A DNA stretch of 64,000 bases from Octopus sinensis. Lineage: Eukaryota. The notes below the pieces were generated by a model that searched no databases, was not told the origin of the DNA, and saw only the letters and a program-made list of their open reading frames with translations. The position numbers and the translations under genes were made by a program. The stretch is taken from positions 159,898,001-159,962,000 of the forward strand of contig NC_043000.1 of assembly GCF_006345805.1 (NCBI RefSeq). The letters run 5' to 3'. Positions 63,111 to 64,000 of this stretch are shown here, in pieces (within the stretch, counting starts at the first letter, position 1; every line of letters starts with the position of its first letter).

Positions 63111-64000
63111 ATTGTAACCTCCTATAAGGGTTTTAAGTAATTCAATGATAAAGTACGAGCCTGCTTCACCATTTCTCATTACACCATATTGTAATTGGAT
63201 TTCGGTATTCATAACCGATGTGTTACATTTTTACTGCTGTTAAAGTTATTTTTATTGCATGAGGGATATTTTGGTACTACTCTGTTATGCAATTGCCATG
63301 ATATGAAAAAACACTTGTGTATTAATTATTGGATATTCTACCAGCAGTATAGTGGATAGATATTATCTCTCAGTAGGTTGGATTCACAATCTCTAACTCT
63401 CTTGGAGTTATATATATATATTTCGATGGGTGAATGAATTAACGTTTTGTTTATCATGTAGGCAGTCATCGTAATTATTATTTTGTCTTGTTGTTGAGAG
63501 AGGCTCCCTTTCTTTCCTGATGAGAAGATTGCATCTTACACCGTTTATTCCTTTGAATAAACCATGTTGTCTTCGAAACATATGTCGAAAGTAAAGGAAT
63601 TTTATTAAATCTTCGATCAACTCGATTTATATATATATATATATACTTCGTTTTTGTACTTGATTTGCAAGATCCTGGAAGGGAGTTCATGTGTTGAAAC
63701 AATGCTTCTGTTTTGGGAAGGGTATTACACCAATAATAATAACACACGCATTGGTTCATTTCATTTCCTCTTCTAAAGTGTAAGTCAGTTGGTTAAACAT
63801 CTACCCAACTAAATAATTGATCATTTGTTAAATATGCTGGTTAGAAAATTATTCTGTTGTTTGTTGGCCAAAGTTCTTTCGTGGCTAATCACGATCTCTT
63901 CAATGACATGTTTTCTGTCTTCAAGGTCTACTCTGGGTCCGCGTGAGAATTAGTCATATATCTGAGTGTGTGTAGATGTCTGTTTGTTTCCAGGATAGAG

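Overview
AT-rich, microsatellite-dense animal DNA made almost entirely of transposable elements. The repeat families look like those of Octopus/cephalopods; this is inference from recall, not a database search. I see no convincing host exon, tRNA, rRNA or CRISPR array. Main contents: (i) two divergent, apparently full-length CR1-group LINEs (9.2-13.9 kb minus; 22.0-26.6 kb plus). Both have an unusual ORF1 with an N-terminal Myb/SANT-like (trihelix) motif and CCCH zinc finger(s). A second, 5'-truncated copy of the latter sits tail-to-tail and forms a ~5 kb imperfect palindrome. (ii) A Neptune-type Penelope-like element (RT + GIY-YIG) with a pseudo-LTR and an inverted arm (15.1-21.8 kb). (iii) A non-coding mini-element (47.7-48.5 kb) with the same direct-repeat + inverted-arm layout, carrying two identical, fully paired type I hammerhead ribozymes on opposite strands. 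(iv) A 5'-truncated CR1 with an open RT frame, R4/Dong remnants, three tRNA-derived SINE families (one shares its 3' stem-loop tail with the LINE), Helitron-type elements, Tc1 and mariner elements, MITEs, and several fold-back structures. Many frameshifts lie in homopolymers and may be sequencing indels. Coordinates were counted by eye; element edges are approximate unless a terminal motif is quoted.
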